The translations under genes and the position numbers were made by a program. The notes under the pieces were generated by a model that was not told where the DNA came from, searched no databases, and saw nothing but the letters and a program-made list of their open reading frames with translations. Positions 34,709 through 43,749 of a stretch of DNA of 64,000 nt are shown here, piece after piece. The stretch lies in assembly GCA_039683175.1 (NCBI GenBank), contig JBDKRX010000019.1, forward strand, positions 49,423-113,422, given 5' to 3'. The stretch's first letter is position 1. Each line of letters begins with the position of its first letter. The DNA comes from Phycisphaerales bacterium (lineage in GTDB: Bacteria; Planctomycetota; Phycisphaerae; Sedimentisphaerales; Anaerobacaceae).

Positions 34709-35395
34709 ATGAACAACGTCGGCCCCAGACGTCTGCTTCTGGTCTTTGTGGCGACTCTGATGACTGTGTCGCACAGCGCCGTCGTGCGCGCGGAAGACGC
34801 CATAGACCGAGAATACCGGATCAAGGCCGCGTTCGTGTACAATTTCCTCAAGTTCGTCGAGGGCGGTCGATTCGCTCCGGCACCGGGCAGGAAGAAGGAT
34901 GAAGTGGACCCGAACGATCCCCTCGTGATCGGTGTCCTGGGTGTGCCTCCCTCCCGGATCGCCTTTGAGGAGTTTAACGGCAAACAGATCGGGAACCGGG
35001 CCATCGTCGTCCGCTGGTTCAAGGGTTTCGAGGAACTGGCCGACCAGGACAAGAAGATCCCGGAGCGGCACCCTGACCTCGACCGAATCAAGGCGTGCCA
35101 TGTGCTGTTTCTGTGCCCGTCCGAGAAAGCGTTTCTGCCGCGTGTCCTGCCGCACCTGCGGGAGAGCGGCATGCTGACCGTGGGGGACGTCCCTCTGTTC
35201 CTGGAGAACGGGGGTACGATCAACCTGCTGATCGAGGAGCGGAAGGTCCGATTCGAGATCAACCTGGCGGCGGCGGCCCGCGCCAAGCTGGAGATTCGAT
35301 CCAGCCTGCTTCGGCTGGCGGTAAGGACCATTGAGCACGATCAACTGGCGCAGCAGAAGGATGAGGAGGATCCGGGTGGAGCCGGACGTCCATAA
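34709..35395 (+). CDS. YfiR-like periplasmic protein (DUF4154)
   Basis: Signal peptide (LLLVFVATLMTVSHSAVVRA). YRIKAAFVYNFLKFVEG ... MLTVGD...GGTINLLIEERKVRFEINLAAAARAKLEIRSSLLRLA matches the DUF4154 pattern as I remember it. Confidence 0.75.
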   Translation: MNNVGPRRLLLVFVATLMTVSHSAVVRAEDAIDREYRIKAAFVYNFLKFVEGGRFAPAPGRKKDEVDPNDPLVIGVLGVPPSRIAFEEFNGKQIGNRAIVVRWFKGFEELADQDKKIPERHPDLDRIKACHVLFLCPSEKAFLPRVLPHLRESGMLTVGDVPLFLENGGTINLLIEERKVRFEINLAAAARAKLEIRSSLLRLAVRTIEHDQLAQQKDEEDPGGAGRP

Positions 35396-35408
35396 AATCA
35401 GACGCACG

Positions 35409-37538
35409 ATGTGGGTATACACGCATGACCTGTCGCTCAAGCACAAGCTGGTCGCGATTGTCATGCTCACGTGTATCGCCGCGCTGACGCTCACGGGTGG
35501 TGTCTTTGCCGCCTGGGAATGGACCATTCTCCGCCGTGGCGTGGTCCAGGACCTGACGACGCACGCGAACATCCTGGCGGACAACTGCAGAGCCGCGATC
35601 ACCTTCCGCGACGCCACCGACGCCGGCGAAATCCTCCAGACGGTCGAAGCGGTCCCCTCCATCGTCATTGCCTGCGTGTACACTGCCGATGGGGAGTTGC
35701 TCGCCGCCTACGTGCAGAAGGGAACCAAGGCCGCGATGCCCTCGGTGCAGGAACTGAAGGACCATCCCGTTTTTGCCCATGGGTTTCTCACGCTCACGCG
35801 GCCCGTATGTCTCGATGAGGAGCGGATCGGCACCGTCTGTGTGCGGCAGAGTCTCGGTTTCATGTACACGAGGCTCCATCGCGGCGCGATCGTGATTCTG
35901 GGCATTCTGTTTCTGTCGTCCGTGGCTGCGTACATGGTCTCCTCCAGGCTCCAGAGGATCATCTCGCATCCCATTCTCCACCTGGCCGATGTGGCGCGAC
36001 TGGTTTCGGAGAAACGCCGGTATTCCGTGCGAGCCGAGCGGCATGGCAGCGACGAGGTTGGCCTGTTGATCGACGCCTTCAATGAGATGCTCGAACAGAT
36101 CGAGCAGCGGGACGCCGCGCTCGTCGACGCCAACGAGCAGTTGGAGGCCCGGGTCCAGGAGCGGACCGCCGAGCTGACCACGGCGAACAGAAACCTGATC
36201 CGCGAGATCATGTTCCGCAAGCAGGCCGAGCAGGTCCTCATGCAGAGGACGGAATCCCTGGTCAATCACCAGAGAACGCTGTTGCGGCTCGCCAAGGAAA
36301 TCAAGGGCGACCTGCAAGCGACGATGAAGATGGCGACCGAAGAGGCCGCCAAGACCCTGGGGGTCGAGCAAGTCAGCATCTGGTTCTTTCACGAGCAGTC
36401 CTCTGAGCTGGTGTGCGAGCAGTCGTACAGTCTCAGCGGAAAAGACCGGGGCGCCGGCCTGCGGATGCGGGTGTCCGACTACCCGGTGTATTTCGACGCG
36501 ATCGAGAACAGCCGCATTCTGGCGGCCAACAACGCGCGGGAAGACCCTCGCACCCAGGCTTTCGCCGACACCTACTTCGCGCCGCTGGGGGTCGTGTCCG
36601 TGATCGACGTTCCGATCCGTCTCCACGCGAAACTGCTGGGCGTGATGTCCTATGAGCACACCGGGACGATGCGCGAGTGGTCCCTGGAGGAGCAGGACTT
36701 CGCCGCCTCGGTGGCGGACATGATCGCCTTGCAGGTGGAATCGAACGAGCGTCGCAAGCTGGAGCGCGCCCTGGCGAAGGCCAACGAGCATCTGGCCGAA
36801 ACCGTGCGGGACCTGCGCCGCTCGAACAAGGAACTGCAGGATTTCGCCTATGTCGCGGCCCACGATCTGAAGGCGCCGCTGCGCGGGATCGGTACGCTCA
36901 CCGACTGGATTGCCTCGGATTACGCCGACCGCTTCGATGAGCAGGGCCGTCAGCAGTTGTCCATGCTCAAGGGCCGTGTCTCGCGGCTCTCCGAGCTCAT
37001 CGACGGCATCCTGCACTACTCGGAAATCGGCCGGGTGGCCAACCGCCAGGAACAGGTGGATCTGAACCATCTTGTTCCGGAGGTGATCGCTCTACTGGAT
37101 CCGCCGGCGCATGTCGAGGTGGCGGTCCAGGGGCTGTTGCCGGTCGTCGTCTGCGAGAAGGTCCGCGTAGGGCAGGTCTTCCGGAACCTGATCGACAACG
37201 CGATCAAGTATATGGACAAGGCCCACGGACGAATCGAGATCGGTTGTTTGGAGCAGTTGGGATTCTGGAGGTTCTCCATCTCCGACAATGGCCCGGGGAT
37301 CGATGCCAAGTACTTCGAGAAGATCTTTCAGATGTTCCAGACGCTTGCTCCTCGGGACGAGCGGGAGAGCACCGGCATCGGCCTGGCGGTCGTCAAGAAG
37401 ATCGTCGATCTGTGCGGCGGAACCATCTGGGTCGAATCGAGCGTGGGCACAGGAAGCACGTTCTTCTTCACGCTCCCCAAACGGGTGGCGACGGCAGAGA
37501 AGGATGCATTCACTCCAGGCAGTGTGAGCCTGAATTGA
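35409..37538 (+). CDS. membrane sensor histidine kinase (CHASE8-like sensor, HAMP, coiled coil, GAF-like, HisKA, HATPase)
   Basis: Two TM segments flank a sensor region of the type that accompanies DUF4154 genes. H-box FAYVAAHDLKAPLRGI. NLIDNAIKYM, DNGPGI, GIGLAVVKKIV. No receiver domain. Confidence 0.8.
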   Translation: MWVYTHDLSLKHKLVAIVMLTCIAALTLTGGVFAAWEWTILRRGVVQDLTTHANILADNCRAAITFRDATDAGEILQTVEAVPSIVIACVYTADGELLAAYVQKGTKAAMPSVQELKDHPVFAHGFLTLTRPVCLDEERIGTVCVRQSLGFMYTRLHRGAIVILGILFLSSVAAYMVSSRLQRIISHPILHLADVARLVSEKRRYSVRAERHGSDEVGLLIDAFNEMLEQIEQRDAALVDANEQLEARVQERTAELTTANRNLIREIMFRKQAEQVLMQRTESLVNHQRTLLRLAKEIKGDLQATMKMATEEAAKTLGVEQVSIWFFHEQSSELVCEQSYSLSGKDRGAGLRMRVSDYPVYFDAIENSRILAANNAREDPRTQAFADTYFAPLGVVSVIDVPIRLHAKLLGVMSYEHTGTMREWSLEEQDFAASVADMIALQVESNERRKLERALAKANEHLAETVRDLRRSNKELQDFAYVAAHDLKAPLRGIGTLTDWIASDYADRFDEQGRQQLSMLKGRVSRLSELIDGILHYSEIGRVANRQEQVDLNHLVPEVIALLDPPAHVEVAVQGLLPVVVCEKVRVGQVFRNLIDNAIKYMDKAHGRIEIGCLEQLGFWRFSISDNGPGIDAKYFEKIFQMFQTLAPRDERESTGIGLAVVKKIVDLCGGTIWVESSVGTGSTFFFTLPKRVATAEKDAFTPGSVSLN

Positions 37539-37556
37539 TGGGAAAGGGTTAGGACG

Positions 37557-39410
37557 ATGTCCGGCAAGATCGGCTGCAGACAGATCTGTGGCGACGACCT
37601 ATACACGTCGGCCAGGGAATGCGAAAACCAGTCGCTCATGGAGGAGAATGAACGGCTCAGGCAGCAGGTGCAGGATCATGCAGAGGCGCACGCCCATGTG
37701 AAGGAACTGATCGCTCGCCTGGATGAAGCCGATGCGGTCCTCCGCACGGAGATCGAGCGGCGGCGCCGGCTGGAGGAACAACTCCAGCGGATGCTGAGCC
37801 GCGGAGGCGTCGGGGCCGACGACCGAACCGCCGAACTGGTCGCCACAAACGAGCGGCTGGTCAGGGAACTCACGGAACGCGCACGGGGCGAAGCCGCCCT
37901 GCGCGAGCGAGATCACCGTCTGCACGACGTGTTGAACAGCATTGTTACAGGCGTGCTGATTATCGACTGCGAAAGCCGGCAGATCGTGGACGTGAACCCC
38001 CACGCTGCCGCAGCGATTGGCTTGCCGAAGGAACAGATCGTCGGCAGGGTCTGTCACCAGTTTATCTGCCCCGCCCAGAAAGGGAGCTGCCCGATCACCG
38101 ACCTGGGCCAGACCGTGGACCGATCGGAACGCGTCTTGCTGGGCCATGGCGGCGCTCACATTCCGATTCTCAAGAGCGTGGTTCCCGTGACGTGGCAGGG
38201 GCGCGAGTACCTGATCGAGAGCTTCATCGACATCGCGCGGCTCACCCGGGTGGAAGACGAGGCCAGGGAGTCGCTCTCGCTGCTCGAAGCCGCGCTGGAA
38301 TCCATGGCCGACGGCCTGCTCGTTGTGGACGGCTTCGGCAAGATCAAGGAATACAACCGGCAATTCCAGGAACTGTGGGGATTGTCGGACTCCGTTCTCG
38401 ACACGCGGGACGACAATCTGGCCTTGGCCTCTGCGACGCCTCGGTTGCGGGACCCGGAGGCGTTCCTCCGCAGCGTCCACGGATTGTATGAACAGCGCGA
38501 GGAGGAGGGCCACGATCTCATCGAATTCCAGGATGGTCGCATCGTGGAATACTACTCGAAGCCCCAGCGGATCGGCGAGCAGGTCGTCGGTCGCGTATGG
38601 AGCTTCCGCGACATCACGGAGAAACACACGGCGGAGAGGAAGCAAACCGCGTTGCTGCAACGGGTGGCCCAGATCAACGAGGAGCTGACCCACTTCGCCT
38701 ACGTGGTCTCGCACGACTTGAAGGCCCCGCTTCGCGGCATCAAGCTCATTGCGGAATGGCTGTGCGCCGACTACGCGGACAAGCTGGGTGACGACGCCAA
38801 GGAGCAGCTTGATCTGCTCCAGAGCCGTGTCGCCCGGATGTACAACCTGATCGAGGGCATCCTGCAATACTCCCGCGTGGGACGGATCAAGGAAGAGACG
38901 GTGGACGTGGACCTCAACGCCTTGCTCCCGAGCATCATCGATGGCATCGCCCCACCCGAGCATATCCACGTCACGGTCGAGCCCGGTCTGCCTGCGGTCG
39001 AATGCGAAAGGACGCGCATCACCCAGGTGTTCCAGAACCTGTTGACCAACGCGGTGAAGTTCATGGACAAACCGGTCGGCGAGATCCGGGTCGGGTGCGT
39101 CGAGGACGGCGACCTCTGGCAGTTCCATATCGTGGACAACGGGCCGGGAATCGAAGAGAAGTACTTCGACCGCATCTTCAAGCTGTTCCAGACGCTCAGG
39201 CCGCGGGATGAGTTCGAGAGCACCGGCGTCGGCCTGGCGCTGGTCAAGAAGATCGTCGAGATGTACGGCGGGCGGATCTGGGTCGAATCGGAGGTCGGCC
39301 GTGGCAGCACGTTTTTCTTCACATTCCCGAGGAAGCACGGAGCGGATGCGTCGGGGTCTGCTGCCGGGGAGGCTGTCCGTTCCTGTGGCTGTGCGGCGCA
39401 GGGGGCGTAG
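37557..39410 (+). CDS. cytoplasmic PAS-domain sensor histidine kinase
   Basis: N-terminal coiled coil and two PAS-like regions. H-box FAYVVSHDLKAPLRGI. NLLTNAVKFM, DNGPGI, GVGLALVKKIV. No TM segment. The start may be the ATG at 37638. Confidence 0.8.
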   Translation: MSGKIGCRQICGDDLYTSARECENQSLMEENERLRQQVQDHAEAHAHVKELIARLDEADAVLRTEIERRRRLEEQLQRMLSRGGVGADDRTAELVATNERLVRELTERARGEAALRERDHRLHDVLNSIVTGVLIIDCESRQIVDVNPHAAAAIGLPKEQIVGRVCHQFICPAQKGSCPITDLGQTVDRSERVLLGHGGAHIPILKSVVPVTWQGREYLIESFIDIARLTRVEDEARESLSLLEAALESMADGLLVVDGFGKIKEYNRQFQELWGLSDSVLDTRDDNLALASATPRLRDPEAFLRSVHGLYEQREEEGHDLIEFQDGRIVEYYSKPQRIGEQVVGRVWSFRDITEKHTAERKQTALLQRVAQINEELTHFAYVVSHDLKAPLRGIKLIAEWLCADYADKLGDDAKEQLDLLQSRVARMYNLIEGILQYSRVGRIKEETVDVDLNALLPSIIDGIAPPEHIHVTVEPGLPAVECERTRITQVFQNLLTNAVKFMDKPVGEIRVGCVEDGDLWQFHIVDNGPGIEEKYFDRIFKLFQTLRPRDEFESTGVGLALVKKIVEMYGGRIWVESEVGRGSTFFFTFPRKHGADASGSAAGEAVRSCGCAAQGA

Positions 39411-39428
39411 GTCGAAAACCAACCTTCT

Positions 39429-41765
39429 GTGCATGGAGGGAATGGGGGTATTATGAGTCAGGACCAAAGACAACTGGGAATTGGGTTCCTCGAACCACAG
39501 GCCGGCCCGCCGCAATGGGAAACGGCGCTGGTGGAAGCGGTTCCCATGCCCGCTGCACTGGCGACCGCGGAGGGGCGCGTGTTGTGTGCCAACCGTCGCC
39601 TGTTCGATGCGGCGTACAGCGATCCCGCCGGCTTCGAATGCCATCGTCCTGCCGAAGACCGGGTGGGGGACTTGTTGGAGGGATGCGAGGGACTTCGTCC
39701 GTTGCTTGATGAGGCGGCCCGCACGGGCCATGCTGTCGGCGAGGTCCGGTTCGTCTCTTCGCGATCCGATGGGATCAGCCCGACGGTACAGGCGCACGCC
39801 GGAGTGTTGGCGGCCGGATCGGGGCAGGACACGATGATCCTGCTCACTTTCGACTGCTCCGGCTCGGCTGAGACGTTGCGGCAGGAACTCGCCATGTGCG
39901 AGAACAAGTATCGCGAGCTGGTTCAGGCGTCCGTCGACCTGGTCTTCGTCATGGATCTCGACGGCTGCTTGACTTTTGTGAACAAATCCTGGCAGCAGCA
40001 CGTCGGATATACGAATGACGAGATTGTCGGCACGAGCGGGCTGACTCTGGTGTCTCCCGAATGTCATCCGGCATGTCTTGCCTCGCTGCGACGGGCCGCA
40101 GCGGGCGAACCCGTCGAGAACCTCCAGTTCCGCGCCGCCACCAAAGACGGCAGGCACATGGACGTTCTTGCGAACCTCGCGCCGATACGCGACGCCCGCG
40201 GGCACGTCGTTCAGGTCATCGGCAGCGGTCGGGACATCACGGAGCTGAAACAGACCCAGGAACAACTGGCGAGTTCCCAGGAGCGTCTCCGTATCCTCTT
40301 CGAATACGCGCCGGACGCGTACTACCTGAGCGATCTGATGGGCACCTTCCTCGACGGCAACAGGGCCGCCGAGGAACTGTGCGGCTATCGCAGGGAGGAG
40401 CTCATCGGCAAAAACTTCCTGAAGCTGGACCTCCTGCCGAGGAGACAGTTGCCGCGGGCCGCAGGGTGTCTGGCCAAGAATGCCCTCGGGCATCCGGTGG
40501 GCCCCGTCGAGTTCCATCTGCGTCGCGGCGACCACACCCACGTTCACGTCGAAATCCGGACGTATCCCGTGCAGATCGAGGGGCAGAATGTGATCCTCGG
40601 GATCGCACGGGACATCTCGGATCGCAAGAAGGCGGAGGATGCGCTCAAAGAGAGCGAAGAGAAGTTCAAGGTGATCTTCGAGGAGGCGCACGAGGGCATC
40701 GCCTACCTCGACGACGTCGGGCGTGTGCTCGACGTGAACAAGAAGACGCTGGAGATTCTCCAACAAACGAAAGAGGAGACGGTCGGAAAGCACTTCATCG
40801 AGCTGGGCATCCTGGATCCGGGCGATGTCCCGCGGTTCATGACTCATTTCCAGCAGGTGCTCCTGGGCACGCTGGAACCGCTGAACCTTTCGATCAAGAA
40901 CAAGCAGGGCGAGACGCTCTTCCTGGAGTGCAGCGCTTCCGTGGTTCACAAGAAGGCGGGGGCTCGCGGCCTGGTGATTCTGCTTCGTGACGTCACCGAG
41001 CGCAAGCGGGCCGAGATACAACTGGAGGAACTCAATCGCAACCTGCAGGATACGGTCCGGGACCTGGAGCGGTCGAACCAGGAACTCCGGGATTTCGCCC
41101 ACGTGGCGGCGCACGACCTCAAAGCGCCGCTGCGCGGCATCGCCACGCTGGCTGAATGGATTTCCCAGGACTGCGCCGACAAGATCGACGACCGGGGACG
41201 GGAGAACCTGGCTCTTATGCGGCAGCGGGTGGATCGGATGATCCTGTTGATTGACGGGATTCTGCGCTATGCCGAGATCGGATACGGCGACTGCCTCGTC
41301 GAGAGCATTGACAGCGGCCAGGTGGTCGCGGAGGTCATCGAGCAGATTGCCCCTCCGTCGCATATCGAAATCCGGGTCGAGCGTCCCCTTCCGACGGTGT
41401 TCTGCGAGAGAATCACGCTGACCCAGGTATTCCAGAACCTGATCAGCAATGCCGTCAAGTACATGGACAAGCCGCAAGGCGAGATTCGGATCGCCGCGGC
41501 GGAGGAAGGCGACTTCTGGAGATTCACCGTGGCCGACAACGGCATAGGCATCGAATCGAGACACTTCGATCTGCTCTTCCAGATGTTCCAGACGCTCGGG
41601 TCCGTTCCTCATCCCGACAGCACCGGGATCGGTCTGGCCGTGGTGAAGAAGATCGTGCAGATGCATGGCGGGCAGGTCGGGGTCGAATCCAAGCCGGGTC
41701 ATGGAAGCACGTTCTTCTTCACGTTGCCCCAACACAACGAAAGGATGATGCATGAGAAACGATAA
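39429..41765 (+). CDS. cytoplasmic multi-PAS sensor histidine kinase
   Basis: Several PAS-like repeats separated by coiled linkers. H-box FAHVAAHDLKAPLRGI. NLISNAVKYM, DNGIGI, GIGLAVVKKIV. The start may be the ATG at 39453. Confidence 0.8.
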   Translation: MHGGNGGIMSQDQRQLGIGFLEPQAGPPQWETALVEAVPMPAALATAEGRVLCANRRLFDAAYSDPAGFECHRPAEDRVGDLLEGCEGLRPLLDEAARTGHAVGEVRFVSSRSDGISPTVQAHAGVLAAGSGQDTMILLTFDCSGSAETLRQELAMCENKYRELVQASVDLVFVMDLDGCLTFVNKSWQQHVGYTNDEIVGTSGLTLVSPECHPACLASLRRAAAGEPVENLQFRAATKDGRHMDVLANLAPIRDARGHVVQVIGSGRDITELKQTQEQLASSQERLRILFEYAPDAYYLSDLMGTFLDGNRAAEELCGYRREELIGKNFLKLDLLPRRQLPRAAGCLAKNALGHPVGPVEFHLRRGDHTHVHVEIRTYPVQIEGQNVILGIARDISDRKKAEDALKESEEKFKVIFEEAHEGIAYLDDVGRVLDVNKKTLEILQQTKEETVGKHFIELGILDPGDVPRFMTHFQQVLLGTLEPLNLSIKNKQGETLFLECSASVVHKKAGARGLVILLRDVTERKRAEIQLEELNRNLQDTVRDLERSNQELRDFAHVAAHDLKAPLRGIATLAEWISQDCADKIDDRGRENLALMRQRVDRMILLIDGILRYAEIGYGDCLVESIDSGQVVAEVIEQIAPPSHIEIRVERPLPTVFCERITLTQVFQNLISNAVKYMDKPQGEIRIAAAEEGDFWRFTVADNGIGIESRHFDLLFQMFQTLGSVPHPDSTGIGLAVVKKIVQMHGGQVGVESKPGHGSTFFFTLPQHNERMMHEKR

Positions 41766-42207
41766 GTCCGTGTTGCTCGTCGAAGATGACGCCATCGATG
41801 CGATGACGGTCCATCGCGCATTCCGAGACCTCAAGCTGAGCAACCCGCTGGCTCACGTGACGAATGGGGAAGAGGCCCTGGAATACCTGAGGAACGAGGA
41901 CAACCCGAAGCCTTGCGTCATTCTGTTGGATTTGAACATGCCGAGGATGAACGGCGTGGAATTCATGAAGATCACCAAGGCCGATTCCATCCTGCGGAAG
42001 ATCCCGGTCGTCGTGCTCACCACGTCGAGAGACGACCGCGATATTGTCGAGAGCTACAAGCTCGGCGTCGCCGGATACATCGTCAAGCCGGTGGACTACA
42101 GGAATTTCGTCGAGGCGATCAGGACGATCGACGTCTACTGGACCCTCAGCGAACTGCCGCGGGAATCCGTCGAGGTGGGGTGTACAGCGTGCCATTCGCA
42201 GGCGTGA
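41752..42207 (+). CDS. stand-alone response regulator receiver protein
   Basis: SVLLVEDD, ILLDLNMPRMNG, VVVLTTS, GYIVKP. No output domain. The ATG overlaps the end of the preceding kinase gene by 14 nt. Confidence 0.85.
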   Translation: MRNDKSVLLVEDDAIDAMTVHRAFRDLKLSNPLAHVTNGEEALEYLRNEDNPKPCVILLDLNMPRMNGVEFMKITKADSILRKIPVVVLTTSRDDRDIVESYKLGVAGYIVKPVDYRNFVEAIRTIDVYWTLSELPRESVEVGCTACHSQA

Positions 42208-42256
42208 TTGTCCGCAGGCGGGCCCACGGGTCGCAGGGCCGGCGATCCACCCCAAC

Positions 42257-43555
42257 CTACGGACCAATCGGCGGGACTCTCACGCGCCGGTTCTGGAGGC
42301 GGAACTGCCGCGGCGTCGTGCCCGCCACCGACTTGAACGTCCGCGTGAAGTAGCTCTGGTTGTTGTAGCCTGTCTGGAAGCAGATATCCGTACAGCTCTG
42401 GTCCGTGCCCAGCAGCAGTTCCTTGGCCCGCTCGATGCGCACTTCCGTCACGTAGTTGATCAGGGTGACTCCCATCTGTTCCTTGAACAAATGAGCGAGC
42501 CGGGACACACTCAGGTGCGATGCCCTCGCGATCTCGGTCAGCGTGATCGGCTTGTCGTAGTTGGCGTCGACGTAGTTGATCGCCGGACGGATCTGCGTCA
42601 TCTTTCTCGCGTCCTGGGAAGAGTAGACCAGCTCGATGAATTCGTTCAGCGCCGCGCTGATCCACGCGCACAGGTCCTCCTGGGTCTCGATCTGCATCAC
42701 CTTGTTGACGTAGGCGAGGTTCTTCTCGAGCATCGTATTGACGTCCACGCCGCCTTCGACCGCCGAGCGGCTCAGCACGATGAGCAGCTCGAGCAACCGC
42801 ACCTTGAGAATGCCGAGATCGCCGATGTCCTTGAACAGGATCGTGCCGAGAATCGAGTTGAGGATCTCCCGGGCCCCGATGCGATCGCCGATCTTGACTT
42901 TTTGCAGCAGAGCCCGTTCGCTCTCCAGCGGGTACTTCCATTGGGCGCCCAGCTTCTTTCGCTCCTGGATGAACTCGCCGAGCTCCGATTGCTGCCGGGA
43001 CCGTTGCCGGCGCCAGCGGATCAACTTGGCATCGAATCCGCTGACCTCGTAGAGCAGGTCGAAGAGGAATTCGGCGGCTGCGTGAATCTGCCGGCCTCGC
43101 ACCACGGGCAATTTGTGGACGGCCCGGGCGATCTCATGCCCCGCCATCGGGATTCCGTGCAATCGGTCCTCCACATCGTCGGCAAGAGTTTGCGTCGCCG
43201 GCTCCCAAAGGCATTTGCCGAAGAACATCCCCCCGTGCACGAGGTCCCGATCCACCACGGGCACACAGACCAGCACGATCCCCGCGTGGCAGATCGTGAT
43301 GAACGACTGCCCGGTCTCCACGGCGATCTCGATCGACCGTTTTCGTTCGGCACTGCATCGCTGCCGCCAGTCGGGATCTCCCTGCACGAGCCGGCAGAAC
43401 CGGGGCCGGCAATCCTCGCTGCACAGGCCGTCCACCGGCGTGCCATCCGGCCCGGTCGTTTCCAGCCCGAGTTTGAACCGTTTCCGGAACTCCCGCTCGA
43501 CCCGCTCGAACTTTTCCGGCGTCAAGATGTCCATCAACTTGGGCGGTTCCGCCAT
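42257..43555 (-). CDS. AraC-family transcriptional regulator with N-terminal PocR-like sensor domain
   Basis: PocR-like region (FCRLVQ...RCSAERKRSIEIAVETGQSFITICHAGIVLVCVPV). C-terminal HTH_AraC (ITLTEIARASHLSVSRLAHLFK...GYNNQSYFTRTFK). ATG at 43555 with a GGAG RBS. Confidence 0.8.
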   Translation of the reverse strand: MAEPPKLMDILTPEKFERVEREFRKRFKLGLETTGPDGTPVDGLCSEDCRPRFCRLVQGDPDWRQRCSAERKRSIEIAVETGQSFITICHAGIVLVCVPVVDRDLVHGGMFFGKCLWEPATQTLADDVEDRLHGIPMAGHEIARAVHKLPVVRGRQIHAAAEFLFDLLYEVSGFDAKLIRWRRQRSRQQSELGEFIQERKKLGAQWKYPLESERALLQKVKIGDRIGAREILNSILGTILFKDIGDLGILKVRLLELLIVLSRSAVEGGVDVNTMLEKNLAYVNKVMQIETQEDLCAWISAALNEFIELVYSSQDARKMTQIRPAINYVDANYDKPITLTEIARASHLSVSRLAHLFKEQMGVTLINYVTEVRIERAKELLLGTDQSCTDICFQTGYNNQSYFTRTFKSVAGTTPRQFRLQNRRVRVPPIGP

Positions 43556-43749
43556 CAAAACACTCCACAGTAGCAAGATCGTGCTATTATACCCACGATG
43601 CCGAAGATGCCAAGACGACTGTGTGCTTGGCACATGGCATCCTGGTCTAGGTCAAGGCTCAAGATTCTCAAAGATGGACTTCACCTGGGCACGGACGTAT
43701 CATGGCCAATCCGATGAGCTACGTGGACACGACGAAAGGAGCAACCCGG

